Positions 49,408 through 63,502 of a stretch of DNA of 64,000 nucleotides are shown here, in pieces. Below the pieces are notes generated by a model. That model did no database searches and was not told the DNA's origin. It saw only the letters and a list, made by a program, of their open reading frames with translations. Origin of the DNA: Octopus vulgaris (taxonomy: Eukaryota). Numbering within the stretch: position 1 is the first letter of the stretch; each line of letters begins with the position of its first letter. A program made the translations under genes and the position numbers. The DNA is taken from contig OX597835.1 of the NCBI GenBank assembly GCA_951406725.2, positions 41,106,001 to 41,170,000 of the forward strand, given 5' to 3'.

Positions 49408-49697
49408 CAGTGCCAGATTTACTATTATGCATAGGTGTGCTTAAGCACAGGGACCCATCGACCAGGGTGGGCCTATCTTCCTGTGTAAAATATTTTTTAG
49501 GATGGATTTTTCAAATGTCAAACATTTAAATGTTTTTCCTAAAACTTATAAAGTGAAATTAATAATGTGAACGCTTTTACACATTATTTTTCAACATAAA
49601 AGGGCCAAGTAAGGGCCCTCATAAGTAAGGGATCTCCGAGTAAGGTGCTTCGTAACTTAACTAGCACAGGGTCTCATTTGTCTTAAATCCAGCACTG
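49408..49697. mobile_element. hAT-like MITE
   Basis: TIR CAGTGCCAGATTTA / TAAATCCAGCACTG. The 8-bp flanks match only partly (cttgctct vs cttggcca). Confidence 0.55.
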
Positions 49698-50175
49698 CTT
49701 GGCCAGCTAGAAACAGCAGTCATATCTGCCTCAAATCACACCCTACAATCTAAGAAAAAGACAAAGTGAATAGTGTAGTTTTGTGTTTGTTGCTCACAGG
49801 AAAAGAACTGGTTATAGGACCTCATTTCATGTCATCCAAATTCAGTTGATTAATGACAGGTGGTGGATGTGGAGGTATAGAAAACAACTCAGTTATTATC
49901 ATTGTAGAGATGTGGATACACCCCCCACATACACACATGTGGCATGCAAAAGCACCCATTTACACTCTCAGAGTGGTTGGCATTAGGAAGGGCATCCAGC
50001 CATAGAAAACCATGCCAAATCAGACTGGATCCTGGCGCAACCTTTCAGTATGCCAGCCCAGTCAAACCATCCAACCCATGCCAGCATGGAAAACGGACGT
50101 TAAATGATGATGATGATGATGATGATGATGACATATATCAGTACATATTTTTGACTCTCTCTTTCTTTTTCTCTT

Positions 50176-50378
50176 TACTCTCTTTTACTTGTTTCAGTCA
50201 TTTGACTGCGGCCATGCTGGAGTACCGCCTTTAGTCGAGCAAATCGACCCCAGGACTTATTCTTTTGTAAGCCCAGTACTTATTTTATCGGTCTCTTATG
50301 CCGAACCGCTAAGTAACGGGGACATAAACACACCAGCATCGGTTGTCAAGCAATGCTAGTGGGACAAACACATACACG

Positions 50379-50438
<60 letters not shown>

Positions 50439-50604
50439 TACGACGGGCTTCTTTTCAGTTTCCGTCTACCAAATCCACTCACAAGGCTTTGGTCGGCCCG
50501 AGGCTATAATAGAAGACACTTACCCAAGGTGCCACGCAGTGGGACTGAACCTGGAACCATGTTGTTGGTAAACAAGCTACTTACCACACAACCACTCCTG
50601 CGCC
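50176..50604 (-). mobile_element. SINE family 1
   Basis: Full-length match. Further copies at about 4829-4995, 34250-34615, 42953-43335, 48999-49392, 54728-55124, 57909-58290, 60376-60790 and 63068-63700. Confidence 0.85.
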
Positions 50605-51554
50605 TATTTATATTTTTTATACTTTAGATTTTATAATTTTTGTTTAAATATATCTATGTATTACCATTATCTCAATATCCTGCTTTCTGATTCATGGCTT
50701 AAAATTAATAGCTGGTATGTATATCTTTCCAGATATTCCATATGTAAGTGCCTTGAGCAGTCTTCAGAGAAACCACCTAATACTTAAGTACAAGAATGCA
50801 ATTAAACTGATTCTACTTAATCTTCCTTTTAATGTTTATTATTGATACACACACACCTTTTAGTTATTTCTATTATGATCTCATTGTGGAATTCTTAAAT
50901 TTTATTTTATACAACATAACAATATTGTTTATAAACGTTCCCCCATTGTGCCCCTAATAAATTTTCCTGTATTAGCATTTTAAGTTTCTTAGTGTCTTTC
51001 CCCTTTAACTGGTAATTAACATCATGATTTAAAGTCTACCCTTACCCTGCCTTCTTTTTTATAGACAGTTACTCTTCCTAATTATATACAAAATTAACTC
51101 TTCCTAATGTTTTATTTCCTTTCTCTTGAAGAAAAGTGATACCTTTGATATTTATGACTACACCTAGCCATGAGCTGTCAACTCACTCATTTTCTTCAGC
51201 CAAAGTAGACATAGTTTTCTAGTCTCATATTTAACAGATGATAAAGAGATAAATAAATTAGAAATGAATTACATCCCTTACAACCCCATGACCCTACTAT
51301 GCTCCATGCAATTCTAAGAAATAGTAGTCTATTCTTAGCCACTTTGCTACAATAGCAACAACATAGGTTTCTTCCATCTTACTCTATTAAAATATTTAAG
51401 AAAAATTATATTAATGTTAAAAAATTCTATAGTTTGTGCAGCTGAAGATAGCACTGCATTTAAATTGATGTAATGATTGCATTGTTCAATTAAATGGAGC
51501 CACTTGAAACGGTTGTACTGCATTACTACATGATATCCTGTTACTTATTTTGAT

Positions 51555-51590
51555 TATCTATCTTTCTATCTATCCATCTATCTATCTATC

Positions 51591-51663
<73 letters not shown>

Positions 51664-51683
51664 ATCCATCCATCACATCCATC

Positions 51684-51739
<56 letters not shown>

Positions 51740-51750
51740 GTCTATCTATA
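51555..51750. repeat. (TATC)n tetranucleotide repeat
   Basis: Directly visible. Confidence 0.95.
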
Positions 51751-51753
51751 TAT

Positions 51754-51785
<32 letters not shown>

Positions 51786-52213
51786 ACACACACACACAAA
51801 CAAACTGACTCATATATTCACAAATCCCGGAAGAGTCTTGATTTTAACAAAAAATACTTTGTTATTTTGTTGTCAGTGACCAGTTGGAATTCTGCAAAGA
51901 ATTTAAATAAATCTAAGAAAATACACGCAAACACACATACATAATTACACACACACACACAGACACATACACACACACACATAGGTACATACATGTACAT
52001 ACATTCATATACATGCATACTACATACATCCATACAAAATGCCAGTACTCCACCTCTAAACACACTAATATAACCCAGTAGTCCATCCATCCCTAATCTA
52101 CCCCCCTCCTAACCATTCTACCCCCAACAAAAGAATAAAAGTCATTCCCCTCCTACTCTGACTCTCTCAGAATTCTTGCTTCCTCTTTCATGGCAAACTA
52201 CAGGACCAACAGG

Positions 52214-52317
<104 letters not shown>

Positions 52318-53377
52318 ACAGACACACACATAATCACATATACACCTACCTACATCATACACACACAAACATGCACACACTCACACACACACGCACACAT
52401 ACATACACATACACACACAAACTTGCTCACAGACACACAGACATATACACACTCATACACACACACAAGGACACCCAGGTACACCTACCCCAACTCATAC
52501 ACTCTGGAAGTTTTCCTGGAAGGAGGTGATGTGGGGATAGGGAGGGAGGCGGTGTGGCTGGGCACTCCCTTCTCACCTTCACCCCACCCCACTAAGCCTT
52601 GTCCAGAAAATAGAGAAGAGAGAATAGAACAGGGTGATGGATTAAGGGGGTCGGTGGTGATGATAGTGATTGTGGTGGTGGCGGTGGTGGTGATGGTGGC
52701 AGCGGTGGCGGTGATGTTGGTGGTAATTATCATGGTAGTGGTAGTTGTGGTGATAGGGTGTGGAGTGGGTTGGTAGCAGTGGAGGTAGTGATGGTGAGGG
52801 TGGTGGTGGTGGTGCGGCAGGGTTGGGGGAAAGACCATCAACTGGAATGGTGATGAGGGAGACTGGAACCAGAAATAGCTGTAAACAGGGAAACAAAATA
52901 CTCTTCTTCCTTGCTGCTACCGGCGCCACCACCACCACCACCACCACCACCACCACCATTACCACCATTGCTATCACCTCCCCCACCACCACCACCACTA
53001 CCACTACCACCGAAGTCAACAAAGAAGGAACTTCAATGTGGTTGCTCTATCTGATCTGCTAGAAATAGCAACCAAATCTCCCTCAAATTACATCTAGTCA
53101 TCTTAAATAAAGAAGGATCTCTCTCTCCTTGGGCCACATTTACAGGCATCATCTATCATGAACCCACCCCACTCCTTGGCTAAAGACTGAGGATTCATGA
53201 AGTTTTCTTCTCAAAGATACAACAGTTATTTCCTGATTCCTCTGCAGGGACCTGTTCTGCCCTCCTGTTTCATGATAATCTCCTTATCCCGAAGCATGAA
53301 GTCGACTTCCCATCTCAGCTTGATGCAGTCCTTGGTCAAACCCTCCAACTCATGGCAACATCAGTCATGGATGTTAA

Positions 53378-53384
53378 ATGATGA

Positions 53385-53415
<31 letters not shown>

Positions 53416-53558
53416 TGTGATGATGATGATAGTGGTGATGATGATGATGATGGTGGTGATGATGATGGTGGTGGTGATGATGGTGATGGTGGTGATGATG
53501 GTGGTGGTGGTGATGATGGTGGTGGTGATGATGATGGTGGTGATGATAATGGTGGTGG

Positions 53559-53590
<32 letters not shown>

Positions 53591-53760
53591 ATGGTGGTGG
53601 TGGTGATGATGGTGGTGGTGGTGATGATGGTGGTGGTGATGATGATGATGGTGGTGATGATAATGGTGGTGGTGATGATGATGGTGGTGGTGGTGGTGAT
53701 GATGGTGGTGGTGGTGATGATGGTGGTGGTGATGATGATGATGGTGGTGATGATGATGAT
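53378..53760. repeat. (GAT)/(GGT) compound trinucleotide repeat
   Basis: Directly visible; appears expanded from the (GAT)n tail of an RTE 3' fragment ending ...ggatgttaaatgatg. Confidence 0.95.
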
Positions 53761-56079
53761 TTTACCAGTTTATTTAAACTTTATTAAACTTTCGCTGCTC
53801 TCCCACACTCACCTTTGAGACACAGGGTCCTATTTAATCCTTTAATATGGGGGACTGGTTCATGTGTTGTTAGGTCATGTCCACAAATTGGTGGGCCTAT
53901 GTGGCGCGTGCAGCCTCTGTACCTTAGTCACATGACAACCTTTTGCTGTTGATCTATTAGTGTGAACCCTTGACAATTACTACCATCCTGGTCCAGCGTG
54001 GACCTTGGGTTTGTGGTGACTGAGGAGTAAATCCCTACATCCCAAAACCCCATGAACTCTCAGTGCAGTTTAATCTCTCACCCACAAAGAAAAGAAAGAA
54101 CACAGTGTGCAGTTTAGTCAATCGTCATCAGTTTTTACATCTTCTTTTCTGTGCTGTCATGGGTTAGATGAGACTCTTTCAGGCAGGGTTTTACAACCAG
54201 TTGACCTTCATGATAACAATACCTTTTAATCATTTTTCACAGTATGTAGGTATACAGTGTCTCCTTCTCTTAGGTTGGCCCAAGGCTATAGTAGAAGACA
54301 CTTGCCCAAGGTGCCACGCAGTGGGACTGAACCCGGAACTATGTGGTTCGTAAGCAAGCTACTTACTGCACAGCCACTCCTATGCTTTGTATATTTTTAG
54401 AATGACATTGAAGGGTAGGTGTGATAGGCTGGATATGGCTGGTTTGAATGTAAAAAATAGGATATTCTGGCCAGGTATGACCTGTTTAAATGCTAAAGTT
54501 CCAAACACCAGTTTAACAATGGTTTTAGATTTTGGCGCAAGGCAAGTAAGTTCGGGGCATTGGAATGTTATATTGACCTCAGTGTTCAGCCAGTACTTAT
54601 TTTATCAACCCTGAAAGGATTGAAGGCAAAGTTGACCTTGGCAGAATTTGAACTCAAAGCATAAAGATGAACAAACTACCACTAAACATTTGGCCTGTTA
54701 ACTATTTGACCAGCTTGCTGCCTTACTATTTTACTTGTTTCAGTCATTTGACTGTGGCCATGCTGGAGCATGGCCACAGTCGAGCAAATCAACCCCGGGA
54801 CTTATTCTTTGTAAGCCTAGTACTTATTCTATTGGTCTCTTTTGCCGAACCGCTAAGTTACGGGGATGTAAACACACCAGCATCAGTTGTTAAGCGATCT
54901 TGGGGTTCAAACACAGATGTACAAACATATACACACATATATATATATACATATACACACACGACGGGCTTCTTTCAGTTTCCGTCTACCAAATCCACTC
55001 CCAAGGCTTTGGTTGGCCCGAGGCTATAGTAGAAGACACTTGCCCAAGGTGCCACGCAGTGGGACTGAACCCGGAACCATATGTTTGGTAAGCAAGCTAC
55101 TTACCACACAGCCACTCCTATGCCTTAATAATAATTTAAAAATAACAAAGTTGTTTCGCTAAATTCTTCGTTATTATCCTAATTAATAGAAACAAAAGCA
55201 GTGAATTTCAGCAGAAATGTGGTAACAAAAGGGTTAAAGCATATGATACCTTCGACTACAGTAACACAAGTATTTAAAGTGGGTATCCCTGTGTGATTGA
55301 TCTACACTCCCTTTGCACTCAATGCTTTATATAGTGGTGGTGGTGGTCATGGCTGGAATGACTTTATTAATAGGTCTGTTCTGTCATGTCTGACTTGGAA
55401 CTAAACATCATCATCATCATCACCAGCCTGCAGAACAATGTCATTGCCACCTTCCTCCTCCTCCCCTCCTCCTCTCCCTCCTCCTCTTCTTCTTCTTCTT
55501 CTTCTTCTTCTTCTTCTTCCCTTCCTCTCCCTCTTCTTCCTCTCTTCCTCATTTCCCACCTCTCCCTCCTTTTCTTCCTCTCCCTCCAGTCCCTCCATTT
55601 CCTCCTCTTCCTCCAGTCCCTCCTTTTCCTCCTCTCCCCCTCCCCCTCCTCATCCACCACCACATCCACACCACCCCACCACCACCACCTCCTCCTCCTC
55701 CTCTACCTTCGTCCTCCTCCTCCTTCTCATCATCAACATCATTATCATCTTTGTCACCATGATCATGATCTTACCCCTCCTCCTCCTCCTCCTCCTAATC
55801 ATCAACAACAACAACAATTAACATCAACAAGAGGCAACCAAAAAATATATTTGTTTTCCTCTTAATTATTGTTTGTATTTTCTTGAGGTGGGGGGTGTTT
55901 GTATTATGGGGGGGAATTCCTAAGTGTGAGGTGTAGTTTACTGTGGAGCCCTTGTAGTAGCAGGACGTGGGGGTGGGGGCGCATTCATTTGATCCCAAAT
56001 AAGACAGTAATCCCTTAATATCTTCTTCACTCTACTTCAAAGTTAATAACTTTTGGAAGAAAATGAAATAAAAAAAAAC

Positions 56080-56565
56080 ATCACCACCATCACCGCTGCC
56101 ACCACCACCACCATCAGCACCACCACCAGTATCATTGTCATAACCACCACCACCGCTGCCGCCACCACAACCACTGCCGCCACCATCATTGTCACTACCA
56201 CCACCACCGCTGCCGCCACCACCACCACTACTGCCACCACCATCATTGTCACTACCACCACCACCGCTGCCGCCACCACCACTACCGCCTCCGCCACCAT
56301 TGTCACCACCATCACCACCACCACTAGCATCATTGTCACCACCACCACCATTGTCACAACTACCACCACCGCTGCCGCCACCACCACCACTGCCGCCACC
56401 ACCACCACTACCGCCACCACCACCACTGCTGCCACCATCACCACTGCTGCCACCGCGACAACCACCACCACCACCACCACTACCGCCTCCGCCACCATTG
56501 TCACTGCCACCATCATCACCACCGCCACCACCGTCGCTATCACCACCACCACCATTACAACAACC
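56080..56565. repeat. (ACC)/(GCC) compound trinucleotide repeat with an approximately 57-bp higher-order unit
   Basis: Directly visible; catcattgtcactaccaccaccaccgctgccgccacc recurs. Confidence 0.93.
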
Positions 56566-57039
56566 ATATTATTACCGATCCACACCCCACACAGCTACCC
56601 CCCACTGCTTTCACTGTCACTGCCCCACCACCATCACTACCCTAACCCTAACCTCTTCCCACTCAACAAACCAGAGTTTCGGGTAATATTTGCTCAGACA
56701 AAATATTATATCAAATGACCCTTTTTATCATTGTTGGTGTGTCTATATATCTATGTGCATGTGTGTTTGTATGTACATGTATGTGTTTATAGGCATGTTA
56801 GTATGTGTATGCATGTATTCATGTATGCGCGTATGCATGTGTGGTTGTGTAGATGAGTGAGTTGCAATCAGCAGACATCCCCCTCTCCTCTCCCAGTACA
56901 AATATATATGTATGCATAAGCACAGGAACACAAATGCAAAGTCACATCACAGATATTGTACACATATACACATACATATGCAAATACATGTATGTAAGTA
57001 TCTATTTATGTGTCTGTGTAAATATATATATATATATAT

Positions 57040-57645
57040 CATCATCATCATCGTCATCATCATCGTTTAACGTTCGCTTTCCATGCTAGCATGGGTTGGA
57101 TGATTTTGACTGAGGGCTGGCGAAACAGATGGCTGCACCAGGCTCCAATCTTGATTTGGCAGAGTTTCTACAGCTGGATGCCCTTCCTAACACCAACCAC
57201 TCTGAGAGTGTAGTGGGTGCTTTTCACGTGCCACCGGCACGGGGTCCAGTCAGGTGGTACTGGCAATGACCTTGCTCGAATCTTTTTACAAATGCCACCA
57301 GCACAGGTGCCAGTAAGGCGATTTTGGTAACGATCACAATCGAATGGTGCCTCCTACATGCCTATTTCTTTATTACCCACAAGGGGCTTGTGCCTCCTAC
57401 ATGCCACCGGCATGTAAGCCAGTTGGCTGCTCTGGCAACGATCACGCTCAGATGGTGCTGTTGGCACCCTACTAGCACGGGGCACAAGTGCCAGTAAGGT
57501 GACGCTGGTAATGATCACACTTGAATGGTGGCTTTTATGTGCCACTGGCACGGAAGCTAGCTAGCTGCTCTGTCAACGATCACGCTCGTATGGTGCTCTT
57601 TGCACCCCGCTAGTACGGATGCCAGTCATTGAATGTGATTTTGAT
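57040..57645 (-). mobile_element. Stand-alone copy of the RTE 3'-UTR element with about 6 tandem 60-70-nt units
   Basis: (CAT)n tail followed by gtttaacgt...ctacagctggatgcccttcctaa...gtgtagtgggtgctttt, then repeated units. Other copies at about 1-215, 360-555, 2190-2375, 36148-36475, 47960-48250, 49935-50130, 58630-58900, 59018-59310 and 61201-61410. Confidence 0.8.
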
Positions 57646-58072
57646 TTATATATATATATATAAGCAAAAATGCTGGTTCTAAAATCTTTCTATGAAATCA
57701 ACGCAGTAGTTTTATTAACAAGTAATATTCGTAGACACTTCAACATGGCTGTTTGTTTGAACGGACTCTACTGCGATTTTTGCAACCCCACGAGGACATT
57801 TCCTCTAACTGGTTAACGATGTAGAGCTGCATCCAATAAATTGTGAGCAAGGGACCAAACCCCTACATAAAAATGCTACAAAAATTGACACACAAATATG
57901 TACCTATATACGACAGGCTTCTTTCAGTTTCCATCAACCAAATCCACTCACAAGGCTTTGGCCAGCCTGAAGCTATAGCAGAAGACACTTGCCCAAGGTG
58001 TCACGCTCTGGGACTGAACCTGGAACCATGTGGTTGGGAAGCAAGCTACTTACCACACAGCCACTCCTACAC

Positions 58073-58103
<31 letters not shown>

Positions 58104-59603
58104 CATATATACATATACATATACATATATACAACAGGCTACTTTCAGTTTCCGTCTAACAAATCCACTCACAAGGCTTTGGTCGGCCTGAGGCTATAGT
58201 AGAAGACACTTGCCCAAGGTGCTACAGAGTGGGACTGAACCCAGAACCATGTAGTTTGAAAGCAAGCTTCTTACCACACAGCCATGCTTGTGCCTTACCA
58301 CACAACCATAAATAATGTCTGTCGCCATTTAACCCTTAAGTATTTAAACCAGCCATATCTGGCTAAAATATTCTAATTTATGTTTAAATTGGCCAGATCT
58401 AGCCTCACATACCTACCTTTCAGTGTCATTTTTAAAATAGACAACCACCTCATTGATATCTCAAAGCTAGAAGATAATGTGAGATTAATTCAAAACAATG
58501 TGAATAAATAAACATTCACTTGACAGAATAATCTGTGTCAAACGTGACTGTTCTGTAGGAGCCAACATTGTTGTTATTTTTAACCCCAAGATGATGCCTT
58601 CTTTAGCTGGTTATTTGGTACAATCTGCACTCGCACTATCCGAACGTGGCCGATGCTTCTGTGCCGGTGGCACGTAAAAAGCACCAACTGATCATGACCG
58701 CTGCCAGCCTCCCCTGGCACGTAAAAAGCACCCACTACACTCACGGAGTGGTTGGCATTAGGAAGGGCATCCAGCTGTAGAATCACTGCCAGATCAGACT
58801 GGAGCCTGGTGCAGCCTCCTGGCTTCCCAGACCCCAGTTGAACCGTCCGACCCGTGCTAGCATGGAAAATGGACATTAAACGATGGTGATGATGATGATG
58901 AAAGTGAACCCCTGCCATCTTCTAGCCATGAGACCACCTGACCGTATAGTTTCAACATCTTTGTGGTCATCCTCAGTGGTGGATACTCACTCGCTAGAGA
59001 TGAATTCTTTATTACATCGTCATCATCATTTTTTAACGTCCGCTTTCCATGCTGGCATGGGTTGGACGATATCATGGGTTGACTGAGGACTGGTGAACCA
59101 GATGGCTGTGCCAGACTCCAATCTGATCTGGCAGAGTTTCTACAGCTTGATGCCAACCACTCCGAGAGTGTAGTGGGTGCTTTTACATGCCACCGGCACG
59201 AGGGCCAGTCAGGCGGTACTGTCAACGGCCATGCTCAAATGGTGTATTTAGGTGCCACCTGCACAGGAGCCAGTCCTGTGGCACTGGCAACGACCTCGCT
59301 TGAATGTTTTCATTTTTCATGAAATTTTGCAAACATAGATTTCCGATGGAGTAGATTGCAATTAGGTTGATAAAATTTTGAAAAAAGTAGAAACACATAT
59401 TCATTGCAAATATGCAAATGAGAAAAACATGTTTTTGCGAATTTTATTTTAAAGTAAAAAATATTTTTCCTTTGAAAATAAATATTCATTTCAACATTTC
59501 GTATAAGCACCAAGAAATTTGATAAAAGTGGAATTATAATTATTGTATCTCTGCCATATTGTCTGATGTTACACAGGGTGGTAAAAGAATATTTCCAACA
59601 GCC

Positions 59604-59637
<34 letters not shown>

Positions 59638-59769
59638 ATCATCATCATCATCATCCTCATCATTTAACATCCATTGACCATGCTGGCATGGGTTGGATGG
59701 TTTGACCAGGGCTGGCACGCTGGAAGGATGTATCAGACTCTAGCCTGATTTGGCATGGTTTCTATAGCT

Positions 59770-59808
<39 letters not shown>

Positions 59809-62010
59809 ACGTGCGTTCGTGTATGTGCGTGTGTACATGTGTGAGGGTTTATATATATCTATATAGGTATATGTATCATTATATGTGTATGGAAAGCAGG
59901 TGCTGAAATATACAAACCATGCACCCAGCTGTTCAAACACCTCCACCACACACACATACACACACATATATATATATATAAATTTGTAGTGTGATATAGG
60001 GATTCATAGAATCATGAAGCTATCATGGAAAGCTCCTCTGGTGGACCCGGCTAGCAGACCACATAGTAATCCAATATGGAGGAGTATAATATAGAGCTCT
60101 ATACAGCTGAAATCCAGGAGATCCAGTCTATGAAATTATTTCATAAGGATTATATGAACCATAAAAAGTCAGGAGGTATGAGAGATGAACATATTTATTT
60201 AACCACTAGATATCCAGAGGATATAATAGTTTTAATGTATAATGAATCACTTTATATGTCTGCACTAATATGCATGCCATGCATTGTATATTCACAAATC
60301 AATTCAGATATAGAAGGCTAGCTCTTCAGATCACCAGAACGTCAATGGTTACACCAATGCTTCAATTCTACTCATTACTCATTTACTCATTTACTTGTTT
60401 CAGTCATTCGATTGTGGCCATGCTGGAGCACCGCCTTTAGTCGAGCAAATCGACCCCAGGACTTATTCTTTGTAAGCCTAGTACTTATTCTATTGGTCTC
60501 TTTTGCTGAACCGCTAAGTTATGGGGACGTAAACACACCATCGATTATCAAGCAACGTTGGGGGGACAAACGCAGACACACAAACACACACACACACGCA
60601 CACATATATACATATACATATACATATATACAACGGGCTTCTTTCAGTTTCCGTCTACCAGATCCACTCACAAGGCTTTAGTCAGCCAGAGGCTATAGTA
60701 GAAGACACTTGCCCAAGGTGCCATGCAGTGGGACTGAACCCGGCACCATGTGGTTGGTAAACAAGCTACTTACTATACAACCACTCCTGCACTTCTGTAT
60801 AAGTAGAAAGAAAATTTTATATACACAATATATAGAAGACTGATACGAGATAAACTTAGCTTGCTATGGTCATGAAAGAAATCATTAATTATAATAAATA
60901 TATTTTTTAATGACTATATTCATTATTACTTATATTAAAATTAAAGTAGTGAAATACAGAATTGTGAGAGCATCAGAAGAAATTGCCTTACAATATCTCT
61001 TGTGGCTCATTATGATCCGGTTTCTAATCTTGTTGATGTCAGCTAAGCCTTCATCCCCTTTGGATTAATAAAATGAAATAAAATATAAGTTAGGTATTGA
61101 GTTTGATGTTATTGACTAACTCCACCCCACTCAAAGTTGCTGGCTTTGCGTCAAAGAAAGAAACAAGGATGCAAAAACGAAAGACAGAGATGCATAGGAT
61201 CATCATCATCATCATCATCATCATCATTATTTAGCGTCCGCCTTCCACGCTAGAATGGGTTGGACGGTTCTACTGGGGTCTGTAAAGCCAGAAGGCTTCA
61301 TCAGGCCCAGTCAAATCTGGCAGTGCTTCTACGGCTGGATGCCCTTCCTAACGCCAACCACTCCGTGAGTGTAGTGGGTGCTTTTTACGTGCCACCCGCA
61401 CAGGTGCCAGACAGATAAAAATAATAATGAAAATAGGAATTTAATTAAATTAGAACAGATGGACACATAAATATAATTATACCTAAAATCTCCAAGATGT
61501 TAAGGAGATGGACAAAGAACATGCTGGCTTCACTCCAGCATGGAGATTTTAGGTATAATTATACTTGTGTGCCCATCTGTTCTAATTTAATTAAATTCTA
61601 TGTCTTTGTGCAGCTTCATTCATGAGGATGTATTCTTGTATTTGTCTGAGTGTTGGGTCCTGACTGGAATAGGATACAGAGAGTTTGTGACAAAGCAAAC
61701 AGGGTGAACACACGGTACAAGGCCGACAAATATGAAGGACTGATCTTTGTAGAGGCCATGGAGAACTGACCTGAAGATTTGGGAAAGCTCTGAAGGAGGC
61801 CAAACTCAACATTAAGATCGTTGAAAAGCCAGGGAGCTTCATCAGATCACAATTTAAGTCTGGTACTTACTCTATCACTCTCTTTTCGTCTGACTGCTAA
61901 GTTACAGAAATGTGAATAAATTGACACTGATTATCAAGTGATGGGGAGACAAACATAAAGACAAATATGCACACAGACACACACACAGAGACACACGCAC
62001 ACACAGAGAC

Positions 62011-62060
<50 letters not shown>

Positions 62061-62384
62061 CCATCGTTCAGTCTAACAAGTTCACTCACAAGGCTTTGGT
62101 TGGCCTGCAGTTTTAGTAAGATACTTGTCGAAGGTGTCACATAGAAGGATTGAACCTGGCACCATGTGCTTGGGAGACAAACCTCTTACTGAACATTATT
62201 TTTATAAATCCCCATTGTTGTTTTAACACTCACCTTTCTGCTTGCATGGGTCTGACAGAATTCATTGATACAGATTTTCTACAACCAGCTGGCCTTCCCG
62301 TCCCCAACCCTCACCTGTTTCCAGGCAAATTAATATTTCCCCATGACCAGACATGTTTTCACAGAAGATGGAAACAAAGAATAT

Positions 62385-62616
62385 CTATTTCTTTACTACC
62401 CACAAGGGGCTAAACACAGAGATGACAAACAAGGACAGACAAACGGATTAAGTCGATTACATCGACCCCAGTGCGTAACTGGTACTTATTTAATCGACCC
62501 TGAAAGGATGAAAGGCAAAGTCGACCTCGGCGGAATTTGAACTCGGAACGTAACGGCAGACGAAATATGGCTACGCATTTCGCCCGGTGTGCTAACGTTT
62601 CTGCCAGCTCCCCGCC
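62385..62616 (-). mobile_element. SINE family 2
   Basis: Reverse complement of 47499-47728. Other copies at about 590-785, 21124-21385, 34928-35070, 39369-39570 and 54530-54725. Confidence 0.8.
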
Positions 62617-63453
62617 TTTTTTATAAATCAGAATATCCCTTGTAAAGTGATAATGTTTGTTTAAAACTATCACACAATGACAAGACAAGATGCCACAAAC
62701 ACACACACGCACTCACACACAAACATACGCACAGACACACACACACACACACACACACACTTCCACACACTCATACACACATATATGTATACATACATAC
62801 ACATTTATGATGGGCTTCTTTCAGTTTCCACCAACTAAATCCATCCATTGATTAGCTTGGGGCCATAGTAGAAGGCCCTTGTCCAAGATGTTACGTAGTG
62901 GGACTGGACCTTAATTCTTTAACTGTGAAATTAAATTTCCTTGTTATTCCAGTAATGGAGTTAAAAATCTACCAAAAAATAGTATTGGTATTTTCTGGAA
63001 ATCATGTCACCTTAACAAAATTGATATATCTCGATAAAAAAAAACATGACATTTCTCAACAACATAGCCGCAGGAGTGGCTGTGTGGTAAGTAGCTTGCT
63101 TATGAACCACATGGTTCTAGGTTCAGTCCCACTGCATGGCACCTTGGGTAAGTGACTTCTACTATAGCCTCAGGCCGACCAAAGCTTTGTGAGAGGATTT
63201 GGTAGACTGAAACTGAAAGAAGCCTGTCGTATATATGTATATATATATATATCACGTGATCATGTGACCGACCAGACAATCAGATGTTGTTACACATCGC
63301 TGGTCACAATGCGCTTCGCATTGTTTTAGCCTTCAAATGACGCCACCCCACTGGCTAAGCGAGCAGGCCAACAGAAGAAAGAGTGAGAGAAAGTTGTGGT
63401 CAAAGAGTACAGCAGGGATCGCCACCCCCACTGCCGGAGCCTCTTGGAGCTTT

Positions 63454-63502
<49 letters not shown>

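Noticed and set aside
50720-50775. Minus-strand CUGAAGA...GAAA hammerhead candidate
   Set aside because: Stems I-III do not pair; likely chance.
53197-53818. Gly/Asp-rich 196-aa ORF resembling an acidic biomineral protein
   Set aside because: It is an expansion of the (GAT)n tail directly following an RTE 3'-end motif.
56043-56718. Mucin-like Thr-rich, Pro-rich and Val-rich ORFs (similarly 45830-46676 and 52423-53062)
   Set aside because: These are (ACC)n-type trinucleotide tracts open in several frames, with no splice or domain support.
57215-57645. CRISPR-like array or pistol/HDV/twister ribozyme array
   Set aside because: The units are wholly homologous, with no unique spacers. The resemblance to pistol (hairpin, UAAA linker, later GCG) fails because there is no P2 and the segment before GCG cannot pair with the P1 loop. 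HDV and twister topologies do not fit.
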